Source: the human T2T-CHM13v2.0 reference genome, Homo sapiens. Taken from it: a stretch of 64,000 bases of DNA. This document shows positions 40,876 to 54,300 of the stretch, piece by piece; within the stretch, counting starts at the first letter, position 1, and the number at the start of each line of letters is the position of its first letter. Below the pieces are notes generated by a model. It had not been told where the DNA came from. It saw nothing but the letters and a program-made list of their open reading frames with translations, and made no database searches. Position numbers and translations under genes: made by a program. The stretch lies in the NCBI RefSeq assembly GCF_009914755.1, contig NC_060925.1. One strand, given 5' to 3'.

Positions 40876-40893
40876 TGGGTAAGAGATAGGGAA

Positions 40894-41265
40894 TTATAAT
40901 TACATATAATATAAACATATATATAATTATATAATATATTATATATAAATATAATATAATATATAATATATAAATATAACATATAATTATATAATATATA
41001 CTTATATATAATATATAGATATACAATATATATTTAGATATTTTATATAATATATAATAAATATAAAAATATTATATATAATATATAATATAAAAATATT
41101 ATTATATATAATCTATTTATATTTATTATATATAACATATTACATATTATATATAATAAATATAAATACATATTGTTTATATATTGTTATATGTAACTAT
41201 ATATAAATATTATATATAACATGGAATATAAATATAAGAAAGGAAATAAATATATATTATATATA
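40894..41265. repeat. Degenerate (TA)n block
   Basis: Seen directly. Confidence 0.92.
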
Positions 41266-42659
41266 TAAAATGGAATACTACCCCGCCATAAAAAGGAATG
41301 GACCAATGGCATTCACAGCAACCTGGATGAGATTGGAGACTATCATTCTAAGTGATGTAACTCAGGAATGGAAAACCAAACATTATACATTCTCACTCAT
41401 AAGTGGGAGCTAAGCTATGAGTATGCGAAGGCATAGGAATGATACAATGGACTTTGGGGACTTGGGGGAAGGGTATGGAGGGGTAAAGGATAAAAGACTA
41501 CAAACTGGGTTCAGTGTATACCACTTGGGTGATGCGTGCACCAAAATCTCACAAATCACCATTAAAGAACTTACTTGTGTAACCAAATACCACCTGTTTC
41601 CCAAAAATCTATGAAAATAATTTTTTTTAAAAAAAACAAATAAAAGTTACTAAAGCTATTAAAAAATTGAATAACTGTCTCCCATTGCATATGAAAATCT
41701 TTGGTAAATAAATAAAAAGATTTATGCCACAGTAGAAAAAAATGGACAAAAGCCATTTAAAAATAATTCACTGAAGGAATACAAATGGTCAATCAATATA
41801 ATGAAAATATTCAACCTCTTAATCAGAAAAATAAGAAGTAAAATAAAATGGCTATAAATTGCTAAAATTAGATAATTTAAAGTATAATACTCAATAGTGA
41901 TGAAGATTTAGAGAGAGGAGCATTCCATTATACTGCCAATGGAATTACAAATCGGGACAGTTTCTCAGGAAAAATAAATTGGCCATATAAGTGAAGAATC
42001 TTCAAAATGTTCCTAGCCCTTGATCAGTAATAATATTCCTAACAATCTAACTCAAAGAAATAGTTAGAGATGAGGCCAAAGAGTTATGTACAAGGTTTTA
42101 ACTGCAATATTTATGACAGGGAAAGCACAGCTAATAAATTATACAAAAATGGAGAAATTATATAATAAATTGAAATACATTCAAAAATGAAAAATTGCAT
42201 AGTCATTATAATTGCATTTTTAGGGAATATCAATAGAAATGGAAATTAACCATCATATAATTAAACTAAAAAGTGCTCCATATAATCAAATATGTATTAT
42301 GCATATTATATAATAAATACATAAAATTAAAGTTTTGTTCAAAAACTGTATGTGTGATTAAAATTTTAACCCTTTAAGATACAAAATAGAGGCTTAAATT
42401 ATATTTTTATTTTATTCTTTATACTTGTCTATGCTCTATAAATGTCTAGAATGAGCATGTAATACTTCTAAAGGAAGAATCATGCTATAAATTTTTTAAG
42501 TGTCTATAATCTATTAAAAATAAAATTGGGGATAATGAAGATGGCTATAATGTATAAAATAACTGAAAAACAAGCATTTGCAAAATGAAAAGACAGTAAG
42601 ATGGAAGGAAATTAGCTTAAAGACTTTTAAACATGAACATTGGGTATAAGAAACAATGA

Positions 42660-43204
42660 AATATAATTTGACTCAGCAATCCCATTATTGGGTATACACC
42701 CAAAGGATTACAAATCATTCTTCTATAAAGACACATGCACACATATGTTTACTGCAGCACTGTTCACAATAGCAAAGACTTGGAACCAACACAAATGCCC
42801 ATCAATGATAGACTGGATAAAGAAAATGTGGCACATATACACCATGGAATACCATGCAGCCATGAAAAAGGATGAGTTCATGTCTTCTACAGGGACATGG
42901 ATAAAGCTGGAAACCATAGTTCTCAGCAAACTAACACAGGAACAGAAAACCAAACACTGCATGTTCTCACTCGGAAGTGGGAGTTGAACAATAAGAACAC
43001 ATGGACACGGGGAGGGGAACATCACACACGGGGGCCTGTCGAGGGGAAGGGCCCTAGGGGAGGGATAGCATTAGGAGAAATACCTAATGTAGACGACGGG
43101 GTTGATGGGTGCAGCAAACCATCATGGCACGTATATACTATGTAACAAACCTGCACGTTCTGCACATGTATCCCAGAACTTAAAGTAAAAAAAAAAAAAA
43201 AAAA
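42660..43204 (+). mobile_element. 5'-truncated L1PA7-like 3' end
   Basis: Colinear with 32300-32840; poly(A) at 43186-43204. Confidence 0.92.
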
Positions 43205-44399
43205 GCAAAAATGTTTCACAGTAATACAGTATAAAAACATCTAATAAAAAACCTTTAATACACATATGAGAGTCTTGTGAGAAAATACCAAAAATGTATC
43301 AACACTAAAAGCTTTGAAGGACTGACAACCCACAAGAAATACAGCCATTCTGTACAAAAAGCATAAGAGCTTTTTCTTAATTAATAATTCTTTATCAACT
43401 ACTGTGACTATATGTATGTGTATTGTAACTCTGAAAGCCTGATTCAGTCTTTATAAATACATTCATATTGCTACTTAAGGACAAAAGTTCTCCATGATGC
43501 ACTTAATATTTCTCCTTCTTTAGGGTCAGCAATCCCAGATATGACAGAAAATCCATGCACTGGAAAATATTATATGAAAACAGCGTTGTAAAGCTTTATT
43601 TGTTTATGTACTTTTATAAGAGATAAATTCCCATGAACTTATCTATTCATTAAAAGACCTATTCATTAAAAGACCTAAAAGTTCTATTCATTAAAAGACC
43701 AATTTTAAATATGGTAGCTAGGTATTATATTCATGTTTTACCTTTAAGGTGAGCATGTGTGGATAAGGAACTGGGAATTAACCCAAGAAAGAACGCACCA
43801 CATCTGTCTGCCTGAGACCTGAAGAGATGACAATCATAGTGATTCACATTTATTCCATATGTTTATTCACATTTTTCCTATTTGTTGTTTTTAGGCTAGA
43901 ATATAGAATAAGTAACTCCATCTACAGGCAGACCAAAATTGCATTAACTTTAAAAAACTACATAAAATGTTTATTCACATAGACAAAATCACTTTAAATA
44001 TTTCAGACACTCAGCTCCACTAAACCGTATCTAAGCGATGATTAGTCTAATCATATCGGGAAGACTGTGGCACAAGTCAAGTAAATGACTTGCACCACCC
44101 TAAAACAAAGTAGCAATATGGAAAGCAAATAAAAGAATTATAAATAATGTTTTCAGATGCCTTCAGGTCGGTATAGTTAATGATAAAACGGTTGTCTAAG
44201 TCAGTCTTTTCCCCCTTCTCCTCTTGTAAGTTACACAAAAGCAACAAAGAGGAAAAAGTAACCCTCCAAATTGTATTTTTCCAAGCTGAGGAAGATGTAA
44301 TTTACAGATTCAAAATTATATGTATGGGCTACAAAAGGCTGACATTGGGCCAAATCTATGCAGAGAGAAAGAAAGGGAAATAATGTAAAAAGTAGCAAG

Positions 44400-46830
44400 A
44401 GGATTCAGAGGAAGATTGTCCATTGCACACAGGGTGATCAAAGACAAAAAAAAAAAAAAAAGAAAAGCCACCTTCTCATCAGAAACAATAGATGAGAGAA
44501 AACAACAGCAAAAAGTGAATGACAGTTTTAGAGTGCTGAAAGTAAAAATCAGCCAACCTAGAATACCAGTGAGAATATTTTGCAAAAATGAAGGTAAACT
44601 AAAAATTCACAGTAAACAAAAGCTGAGAGAATTCTTTCCCATCAGATCCACCTTGAAGCAAATGCTGGAGGACATATTTCAGGCTAAAAGAAAAGGATGT
44701 CAGTTGGGAACTCCTGCCAAAAAACAGATCCAAAAGAAGACTGAATCATTGATACGGTAAATTATTTGTGAATATATGAGAAAGATGTCTTCTTTACTTA
44801 ATTTATTTAAAAGAAAATTGATTATTAAAAGCAAAAGTATTAGTAATGTGTTGTAGAATAATTAGAAGTAAAAATATGACGGCAATAGCACAAAGGGATT
44901 CTACATATCCTACATTATGTAATGTTCTTATGATATATGAGAGGTAGTTTAATATTATTTCAACTTGAACTGTAATAAGTTACAGGTAAAAATTGCAATC
45001 ACTAGAGCAATCAATAAAAAATACAAATAGTTATAGGTGAAATACCAATAGATGAGATAAAATAAAATATTAAAAAGTTCTTGATTATCTCCCAAGAAAC
45101 CATGACAAAGCAGAGGGGGAAGTAGGAAACAAAAAGAAGATGATAAACCTAAACCCAGCATATGAATAATTATATTAAATATAAATGGAATAAATACTCA
45201 AACTAAAAGGAGGATTTGTTGGATACAAATTTTTGAATTTGTTGAATAATAATGTAAGTTACAAATATATACTGTCTATAAGAAATATACTTTGAATATA
45301 AAGACACAGGCAGATTGAAAGTAATATGTGAGAAAAAATATACCACACAAACACCAACCAAAAGAAATCTGGGATACTAACAATTGACCAAAGTAGTCCT
45401 TAAGAAAGGGAGCATTACCAGATATTAAAAATTTCATAATCATAAAAGGGTCAATTAATCAAAAAGGTGTAACAATTTTAACTGTATAGAAAATCCTAAA
45501 AAATTTATGATAGCTAACATATAATTTTTATTATAGCTAACATATTAATTCAGCAAATATACAGGATACAAGGTCAACACATAAAAGTCAGTTATATTTC
45601 CATATACTAACAAGAAATGATGCTAACAGGAAATTAAGAAAAAAAATCAAGTCACAAAGAGAATCCAAAGAATAAAACACTTAGGAAAACATTTAAATAA
45701 GAAGGTGCAAGACTTGAATACTGAAAACTATAAAAGTGCTGAAAAAAATGAATAAAATCTAAGTAAATGGAAAAACATCCCATGTTCATGAAATGGACAG
45801 CTTAATATTATTCAGATGGCAGTACTATCCAAAGTGATCTACAGATTCAATGCAATCCCAATAAAAATCCCAATGGCCTTTTTTCTTGCATTAATGGAAA
45901 AGCTGATTCTAAAATTCATGTGGAATTGCATATGACTTCAAAAAGCCAAAATAATCTTGAAAAAGAAAAAGAAAAATTTGGAGGACTCATAGATTCTGAT
46001 TTCAAAACCTACTACAAATCTACGACAATCAGTACAGTGTGGTACTGGCATAAAAATAAACCTATAGGTCAGTATCATAGAACTGAGAGTCCAGAAATAA
46101 ACCCACGCATTTATGGTTAATTGGTTTATGACAAAGATGATAAAGCCATACAACAGGGAAAATATAATTTCTTTAACAAATGGTCCTGGGGCAACTGGGT
46201 ATCCGCATGCACGAGAGTAAAGTTGGTTCCCTACTTTACAACTTCAAAAAATCACCTATAAAACCGTAAAACTCTTAGAAAAAAACATAGGAGTAAATCT
46301 TCATGACCTTAGGTTTGGCAATAGTTTTCTAGAAATGATACCCAAAGCACAAGCCACAAAAGAAAAAAAACAATAGGTAAGTTGGACTTTATCCAAATTA
46401 GAAGCTGTTGCGCATCAAAGGACACTGTCAGGAACATGAAAAAGAAAATAAAACAACAGAAAAATAAAACCACCTAAAGGGTAGGAAAAAGCATTTACAG
46501 ATCACTTGTCTCATAACAAATAAGGTTCTAATCCAGAATGTATAAAGAACTCTTACAACTTGACAACAAAAAGACAAACAACTTTATGCCTTGTAGGATG
46601 GCTAAAATAGAATAAAGTACAAATGGAAAGCAAAAGTTGATAAAGATGTGGAGAAATTGGAACCATCATACATTGCTTGGAATGTAAAATGATGCAGCCA
46701 TAGTTTGGCAGTTTCTTAAATATTTAGCCATTAATTTATCATACAATTCAGTAATTCTTAGATATCTATCTAAAAGAAATGAAAACAAATGTCCATACAA
46801 AGACTTTCACGCAAATCTTCTTAGCAGCTT
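44400..46830 (+). mobile_element. Old L1M (ME/MB) fragments: ORF1 end and ORF2 pieces
   Basis: DSFRVLKVKISQPRIPVRIFCKNEG (ORF1-like); [22 protein letters not shown] (ORF2-like). Confidence 0.75.
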
Positions 46831-46834
46831 TTCA

Positions 46835-47015
46835 AAGACAGTGATGCAGAGAGGGCGCATGCAAGATTGCTAGCTAGATGGAGGCTCACGTAAGGTAAAG
46901 TAATCACGGGATGACAACCTCCCATAGCCTTTGTTGTATTCCATCAGTTAGAGGTAAGTTGCAGGAAAGCGTGTGAACACTAGAAGGTGGAATGATTAGG
47001 GGGTCACATTTGTGC
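46835..47015 (-). mobile_element. MLT1-like LTR fragment
   Basis: cctttgttgtattccatcagttagaggtaagt...gtgtgaacactagaaggtggaatgattagggggtca. Confidence 0.55.
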
Positions 47016-47039
47016 CTATTTGCCAGTTTCCTTCTCAGT

Positions 47040-47295
47040 AAAGGATTCCCTTATTATCATTCCACCCTCATCTACTCTCATCCCTATTACTCTATGTCCT
47101 CTCTCCTGTTTTATTTCTTCTCAATAGTACTTATAAGTCCCTATCTGACATTACTGTACATATTTGTTCGCTCATTGTCTTTTTCCTATGCTAGAATACA
47201 AGCTCCATGGGGTAAGGATCTTCTCAGTTTACTATTGCATATTCCAACCCCTAGAAATGTGCCTGATGCATAATAGTTGAGAATGAATGAATGCA
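47040..47295 (+). mobile_element. L2 3' end
   Basis: ctagaatacaagctccatgggg...cctagaaatgtgcctgatgcata...gaatgaatgaatg. Confidence 0.75.
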
Positions 47296-47837
47296 TGACT
47301 TTAAAGCAAGGTATTTTTTTAAAGCAGGGCATTGTGTAAACTGTATTCAGGAAAATTATTCTGGCTACTTGGGCAGGAAAGAAGAAAGGCTAAAGGCAGA
47401 GAGATCAGTCATGTGGCCATCACAGCAGTCCAAATGCCTAAAAGCAGGGATTTGAAGGGAGCTGAAGCCCAGGCAATGGCAATGGACCTGAGACACAGCA
47501 GGGGAAACGAGTTTGGTGGGTGTGTGGACAGAGGTGACCAGCTGCATCAGGGCATGGTGGGGAAGGTCTAGAACTCTGAGAGGCTACCTCTTTCCCTCTC
47601 TACTATCCACTTCTGCCCCAGCTCATCCCCATTTCCCAAGTCATGGCAGCTGTTTGGGCTGCCACACTCTGTTGTAGTGAGAGGGAAACTAGCCGTGTTA
47701 AGTGAGGGCCAAGTTCTGTGCACATACTGCCCCTCTGAAGACAGGGTGGGCCTGTGATGGGTTAGGGGATTGCATCTTTTTACAGGGAAGACTGGCTGGG
47801 GCAGACAAAACCTCCCTCAAAGCGAATCTCTTTACGT

Positions 47838-48140
47838 TTTTTAAATAAATTTTTTAGATACAGAGTCTCACTCTTTTGCCCAGGCTGGAGTGCAGTGGCA
47901 CGATCCTAGCTCACTGCACCCTCAAACTCCTGGGCTCAAGTGATCCCCCTGCCTCAGTTTCCTGAGTAGCTGGGACTACAGGTGTGTACCAACATGCCTA
48001 ACTAATGTTTAAAATTGTTTATAGAGATGAGGTCTCGCCATGTTGCTCAGGCTGGTATTAAATTCCTAGCTTCAAGTGATCCTCTTGCCTCAGCCTCCCA
48101 AAATGATGGGATTACAGGCATGAGCCACCACACTCAGCCA
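47838..48140 (-). mobile_element. AluJ
   Basis: Antisense dimer with J-type gggctcaagtgatcc. Confidence 0.9.
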
Positions 48141-48819
48141 AAGTAAATTTTGACTGATGTCTGCAACCACCACCTAGGGAGCATTCCAGCTTAATTACGT
48201 CATCAGATCTGGAAGCGTGATTTAGTCATGGTTCACGGGCTGTCTGCAGTCAGCAGGGAGCATCTGTCGTATTTACGGAAGAGAGCGGGAAGCACCATAA
48301 ATTCATTAGCAAGACTTGGTTTTGTACCAGTGGACATGGAGAAACGCCAAAGTTTAAACTCAAGGTGGTTTTTGGCACTCAGCAGCCTCAAAGATGCTTG
48401 GAGCCACTTCCTCATGAGGTCTAGCCATGCCCAGAGAAGTAGGTAAATATGCCCTGGTGTACTGACCTGGCAGAGAGAAAAGAGATGTGAGTGGAAGGTG
48501 GTGAAGTGCCGAACACAGCTTCCAGACTCTGACTGGAAGCTACACTGTTTAGGACTGAGACTCTTCTGAGCCAAGTGACCCTTTCACATGATGACTGTCC
48601 CCATAGTATCTCCACATTATCCAGCAGTGGCCAGAGGTGATGGAGGAGGAACCACAGATCAAAGTGCTATTCAAGTGTTGCAAGCGCTTTCCCCCTGAAA
48701 AGATTCAGGGCACTTTAAAACGTACGAGCCCATATCCAAGGCCTTTTTGTACCTACCTGCCTATTTACCTGTAGCTAAAGGCAAATACATGGACAAGCTA
48801 AGGCTCCTACGGGAAGACG

Positions 48820-49100
48820 GTATAATAAAGTGGTCAAAAGGATCAAGTTTTTGGAGTCAGCCTACTTGGGTCTCAGCTCTGCTATTTATTAGTTGCATGA
48901 CCTTGGACAAGTTACTTAATTTTCCTCTCACTCAGCAATTTTTTAAACTTCAAACTGGGAATGACAATAATAATAGCAACTTCATAGCATTGTGGTGAGG
49001 AGTGAAGGCTTAGAAATACTGTACTTACCTTCTTTAGAACAGTCTTTAAGTGGTTAGAACCATGTCTGACAAATGAATAAAACAACAGATGTTAGTTATT
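48820..49100 (+). mobile_element. MIR
   Basis: ctctgctatttattagttgcatgaccttggacaagttacttaat... Confidence 0.8.
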
Positions 49101-51334
49101 TATTAAATGTTTAAGTCACTTAAATATTCCAGAATTAAAAAGAAAGAGATAAATTAGGCAGTATACCAACTTTACAGCATTCACACAAAATTGTAGGAAT
49201 GAGAGGCTATGCTCACTCCTTCCTGGACCCTTAAAAATAGATTCAGATCATACACGCATAGGAAACCCCAAATCCCAGTCTTGGCCACAGCTATGTCTTT
49301 TGCCCTGACAAATGCATTCTCACTGTCCTTTCCTGTCTGCTGAGCTGTCTGCTGTCCCTGCCTCTTTCCTGACCTCCCTAGATGTGGCTTTGCAATCTAC
49401 TTCCTGATGCAGCCTTTCCTCTGACTCTCTCTGGATATGCTCCTCTGATTTACTGGTTTTTCTTTCCTGAGAGTTGACGTATGGGCCTCTGCTGCTCCAT
49501 CCATCATAGTGTCAGCTGAGAGCTGCTTGGGTCCCATAGGACAGGGAATGTAGCCAGTCTCTCTCTGATGGGAGAGGGATTAGACAGGTAGAAGTTTCTC
49601 ATGTTATGAAGAAACTGAAAGGTAACTTCTCATGGTCTTCTATTTTTTAAGATATTGAAAGACAACCAGCATATATCAATAAAAAGGGAGATGTATAAAC
49701 CATGTGATAAAGATTGTACTAAAGAAGGTACATACAGTGCTTGCAAGCCTAAAAGTTTTAAAGGATGCATTATTAATTATTTCAAATGCTCAGTTTTCTT
49801 ATTCACTTTTTGAACTAGAGTTGTCAAAGACTGATAATGCTTAGATGTACCCTTAACATTTTTAAGGTGGAACCAAACTACAATAGCAGACCCTCCTAAA
49901 TATTTGAAATGTTACAGGTCAAGTTAACCAACTGTTAAATATGTTTTATGCTTCTGCATTGACAAATATATCTTTCTAATTTTTGGAAAGGCCAACTTCA
50001 AATAGAGTTTCTTTATTCCTTATATTCCACACTTGAACGTGGCCATAATGAAAGGGCTGTTCCCTACCCTTTCCCTACTGAGGCTCAGACTTGCACCACA
50101 AAGAAATTTACAAGCATGCAGACCTAGAGACACCCATTCCACTCATCTAAATGTCATCCACAATGTCCCAAGGCAGCCCCCTATTAGCCACAGTCCTAGG
50201 TAGACAGAGTCTATCCTCAGGAGAACCAACCTGGGAGAAGAGACCTGTACCGGTTCTGAAAATGTGATTGGAGCCAATTGAGCAGGAAATTCCTGCGTCC
50301 TAAGTACACAGTGAGTGACCTGGATCTGGACCTTAGGTAGTCCTGCTCCTTCAGCTTGGTTTTCTTTTTATCCCCAGCCTGAAGCGGTCAGATGGTGGAA
50401 GACAAGAGCAGAGCCTGCTTAGCACTGGTCTAAAACCGGTGCAAGGGTAGTGTATTAACCACTCTGCATGTTTTTCTTTCCAGTTGCTCTTGAGTCCCAA
50501 AAATGTTGTGTTATGTAGTTTGAGTTACGGTTTTAATGTTTAACACTTATTACAATTATGTCATACTTTTAATCTAAATGACAGGGTATTCTGTTTCATG
50601 AAAAAGAAAAACAGTAACTAAACTGGTTTGGAGATCCCAAATGTGAAAGGGCGGAAGGGCTAGCCTTCTAATTTTATACAGAAGCTACCTATTTTGGTTT
50701 ATTAATAGTATTATTACTGGCAAATGCTACATAATGTTGCATCTTTATCATCTAGAGTTATGGAATAGACTTAGAGGTAATCACTTGCATGGAGCCTGAG
50801 GCCATCAAACCCAGCATTTTATATTTTTTTCTCTCATAGAAAGAACACGGAATTAGAAATCCTGTCTGTTTTCTTTTAGTTTTTTCTTTATAAAATAGAA
50901 AGGGTGGATTGAAGAAGCCTACTCCTCCCTTTACAAAATGAGGTCAGAGAGTTGTGATTGTGTATCACAGAGGCCCACAATTTATATTCCAAAGAAAGTA
51001 GCACAGGTTGTAGAATGTGGCTTTTTTCTTTTTTTAAACTAGTGCCACTGAAGCCATCAGCCTGTTGGTCTCATAGGGGCTCAACTGTACGCTCCAGTGA
51101 AAACTCCTCTGTTATCCACATCCAACCAACTACGTGAACAGCATCAGCTCTGAGTGAGGCTCAGGACTTGCCAGGAGGTTGAAGAATATGGTGTCAGTGT
51201 TGCCTGTGTATTTATTCTACATTGGATGATTATGAGAAAAAATTGGACCAGTTTGTATCTCTTGGTTTTTTGTTTTTTTTTAGTTTTCACTGACTGATAT
51301 TTTAAAAATATTATTGAAATGTCCTCTACAGTCT

Positions 51335-54300
51335 AGACTTCTACTTCTGGGAAAATAGATTTGGTATAACCTTCTCTATTATCCCCACTAAGTATAACTA
51401 TAAATCCTGGTCATGATATACAAAGCAAATATAACAAGGTGCAGAAAGTCAAGGGGAACTATCAAGAAAATGAAAAGGCAACTCACAGAATAGAAGAAAG
51501 TAGTTTAAGTTCATATAACTGATAAGGATCTCATATCCAAAATATATAAACAACACTTACAACTTAACAATAAAAAGACAAATAATCCAATTTAAAAATG
51601 AGGAAAGGGTTTGAATAGACATTTCTCCAAAGAAGATATACAAATGGCCACATGAAAAGATGCTCAACATTCTTAGTCATTAGGAGAATGCAACTAAAAA
51701 ACACAATGAGGTTTAACTCCGCACCCGCTAGGATGGCTAAAATTGAAAAGATAGGCAATAGCAAGTGTTGACAAGGATATGAAGTAATTGGAACCCTCAT
51801 GCATTGCTATTAAGAGTGTTGAATAGTACAGTGACCTTGTAAAATAGTTTGACGGTTCCTCAAAAATTTAAAAATAAAGCTACCATATGACCCAGCAATT
51901 CCTTTCCTAGGTTTATACCCAAAATAATTGAAAACATATGTTCATAGAAAAACTTGGATGTGAATGCACGTAGTAGCATTATTCACACTAGTGAAAAAGT
52001 TAAACAACTGAACGCCCATCAACTGATGAGTGGATAAATAAAATGTGGTATATACCTACAGTGGAATATTATTTAGCCATGAAAATGAAATACTGATTCA
52101 TGCTACAACATGGATGAACTTTTAAAACATTATGCTAAGTAAAAAAAGTCAGACACAAAAGGCAACAAATTTTATGCTTCTATTCACATGAAATGTCCAG
52201 AATAAGGCTGGCGGTGGGGTGTGAGGCAATAGGAAGTGATGGATAAGATACAAGTTTTCTTCTGGGGGTAAGAAAAAAGAGTAGAATAGAACAGAACAGA
52301 ACAGAAGTGTTCTGGGATTAGATAATGGTAATGGTTGCACCTTGTGAATACACTAAAAACCACTGAATTGTACACTTCTAAGTGGTGAGTTCTGTGGTAT
52401 ATAAATTATATCCTAATTTAGAACAACAACAGTAATAACAAAGAAGACTCTGAAAGGTAGAAGAAGGCAGACTGGCCAGTGACACTGGGTGCAGAGGAAC
52501 AACAGGGTGATGAGTTCTCTGCTGTTGTTTCTTCCTCATAGATGCCAGATCTTGAGCTGGAGAGGCTGACAACCCAGAAATGCCAATGGACAGATGAAAA
52601 ATAAGCCCAGAAACAGCCGACTCTCTCCAACTGAAGGATCACAGCCTAACACAACGAAAAAATAAGATAATATTAGTCCTACTCCAGTCAAACATCACTG
52701 AAAAAATTTATGGTCCCACCACCACCCATATCAGCAAAAGCCTCATTAAAAAGAACAGACTTCCAGCCACTCCTAGGCTGTAACAATTTGTTTCAATACC
52801 CTCTCAGGTGTATTCAAAGAACACCAAGTAGGAAGTAGGGACTTTTATCTGCCCTGGTTTATAATGAAACCACTAGCCCCTCTCTTCTCACCAACATGGT
52901 GTCAGTGGAGACCACATGGGAAGCCTGTCATCTGGCACCCTACTCCCACTTGGCAGTCATCAGGCACCCCTTCGCTCACTGCTGAGGTGGGGGTCAGAGG
53001 AGGCCCTACTAGAGAACTAGGGCTTTCACCGCCACAAAGTCGTAATGAGGCCAACTCCACTGTAGAGGCCGTGTGAGGAGCCAACACTCTCGTTCTTACT
53101 CAGCAGAAATGAAGAGAGCCCACTTCATACCCGTGTGCTAACTGAGGCCAACTTCTACCTCAACTTAGCAGTAATGAGGTAGCAACTCCCTTTCCCCTAT
53201 TGGAATGGTGTCAGAAAAAGTGAGATAAATGAGGAGATTTAAATAAAATTCAGAGTCTCGGGGCATAATATAGAGAATGTCAAGGTTTCAATAGAAAATT
53301 TCCCACACAAAGAATCAGAGAAGTCTCAGGCTGAATGAAAAAAAAGATAAACCAAAAGACAAAGATTGATAGAGTGGATTAAAAAAGCATAACCTAATTA
53401 TATGCTGTCTACAAGAAACTCACTTCAAATATAATAATACAGGCAAATTGAAAACAAAAGAATACTAAAAGATATACAAGCGTTAATCAAAACAAAGCAG
53501 AAGTGACAACACAAATAGCACAGAAAGCAGACTTTAGACCAAAGAAAATTACCAGAAACTGAGAGGTACATTACATAAAGATAAAAGGGGCAATCCGCCA
53601 AGGACACATAGCAATCTAAATGTGTATACACCAAGCCATCAAGCTGTAAAATGCATGAAGTGAAAAGTGATGAGAATTGCAAGGAGAAATAGACAAATCT
53701 AAATTATAGTTGTAGGCTTCAACACCCTTTTTCAACAACTGACAGAACAACACGAAGAAAATCAGTGAGGATATAAAAGAACACAACACCCTCAACCAAC
53801 AGGATATAATTGCCATTTATGGAATCTTCCCAACAACAGCTGAATTCACATTCTTTTCAAGCAGGCTGTTAATAGGATAAAAACATGGCTAGAGAAAGAG
53901 TGAAAATATTTGCAAACCACATATCCAGCAAAGGGCTATATCTAGAATATATAAAGAACTCTCAAAAATTACGTAACACAAGAACAATTCAATTAGACAA
54001 TGGGTAAAAGTTTCAAAGAGACATATCACTGAGGAGATGTTAAATAAGCACATGAAAAGATACTCAATATCACTAGCCTTAGGATTAAGTATGGTTAAAA
54101 TCACATGAGATATTAATACACACTTATCAAAATGGCTAAAATAAAAAATAGTAAAATTCCAAATGTTGGCAAGGATGTAGAGAAACTTGATTATTCATAT
54201 GTTGTTGGTGGGGATGTTAAAATGGTACACCAGTCTAGAAAATAGTTTGGTAGTTTCTTAGAAAGCTAAACATGCAATTATATACTAGCCAGTAATTGGT

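Larger units (their letters stand above)
39114..41640 (+). mobile_element. 5'-truncated L1PB1-like 3' end (pieces 39114-39136 and 41266-41640) with an expanded internal AT microsatellite hosting the ACP1 insertion
   Basis: caatgagtggataaagaaactg + (GA)n/(TA)n ... atggaatactac...cacctgtttcccaaaaatctatgaaaataa + A tail. Confidence 0.8.

Noticed and set aside
48228-48574. Protein-coding exon on either strand
   Set aside because: No recognisable homology and no convincing splice-site pair; kept only as a regulatory candidate
49870-50460. Possible ancient repeat
   Set aside because: Looks repeat-like, but I could not assign a family
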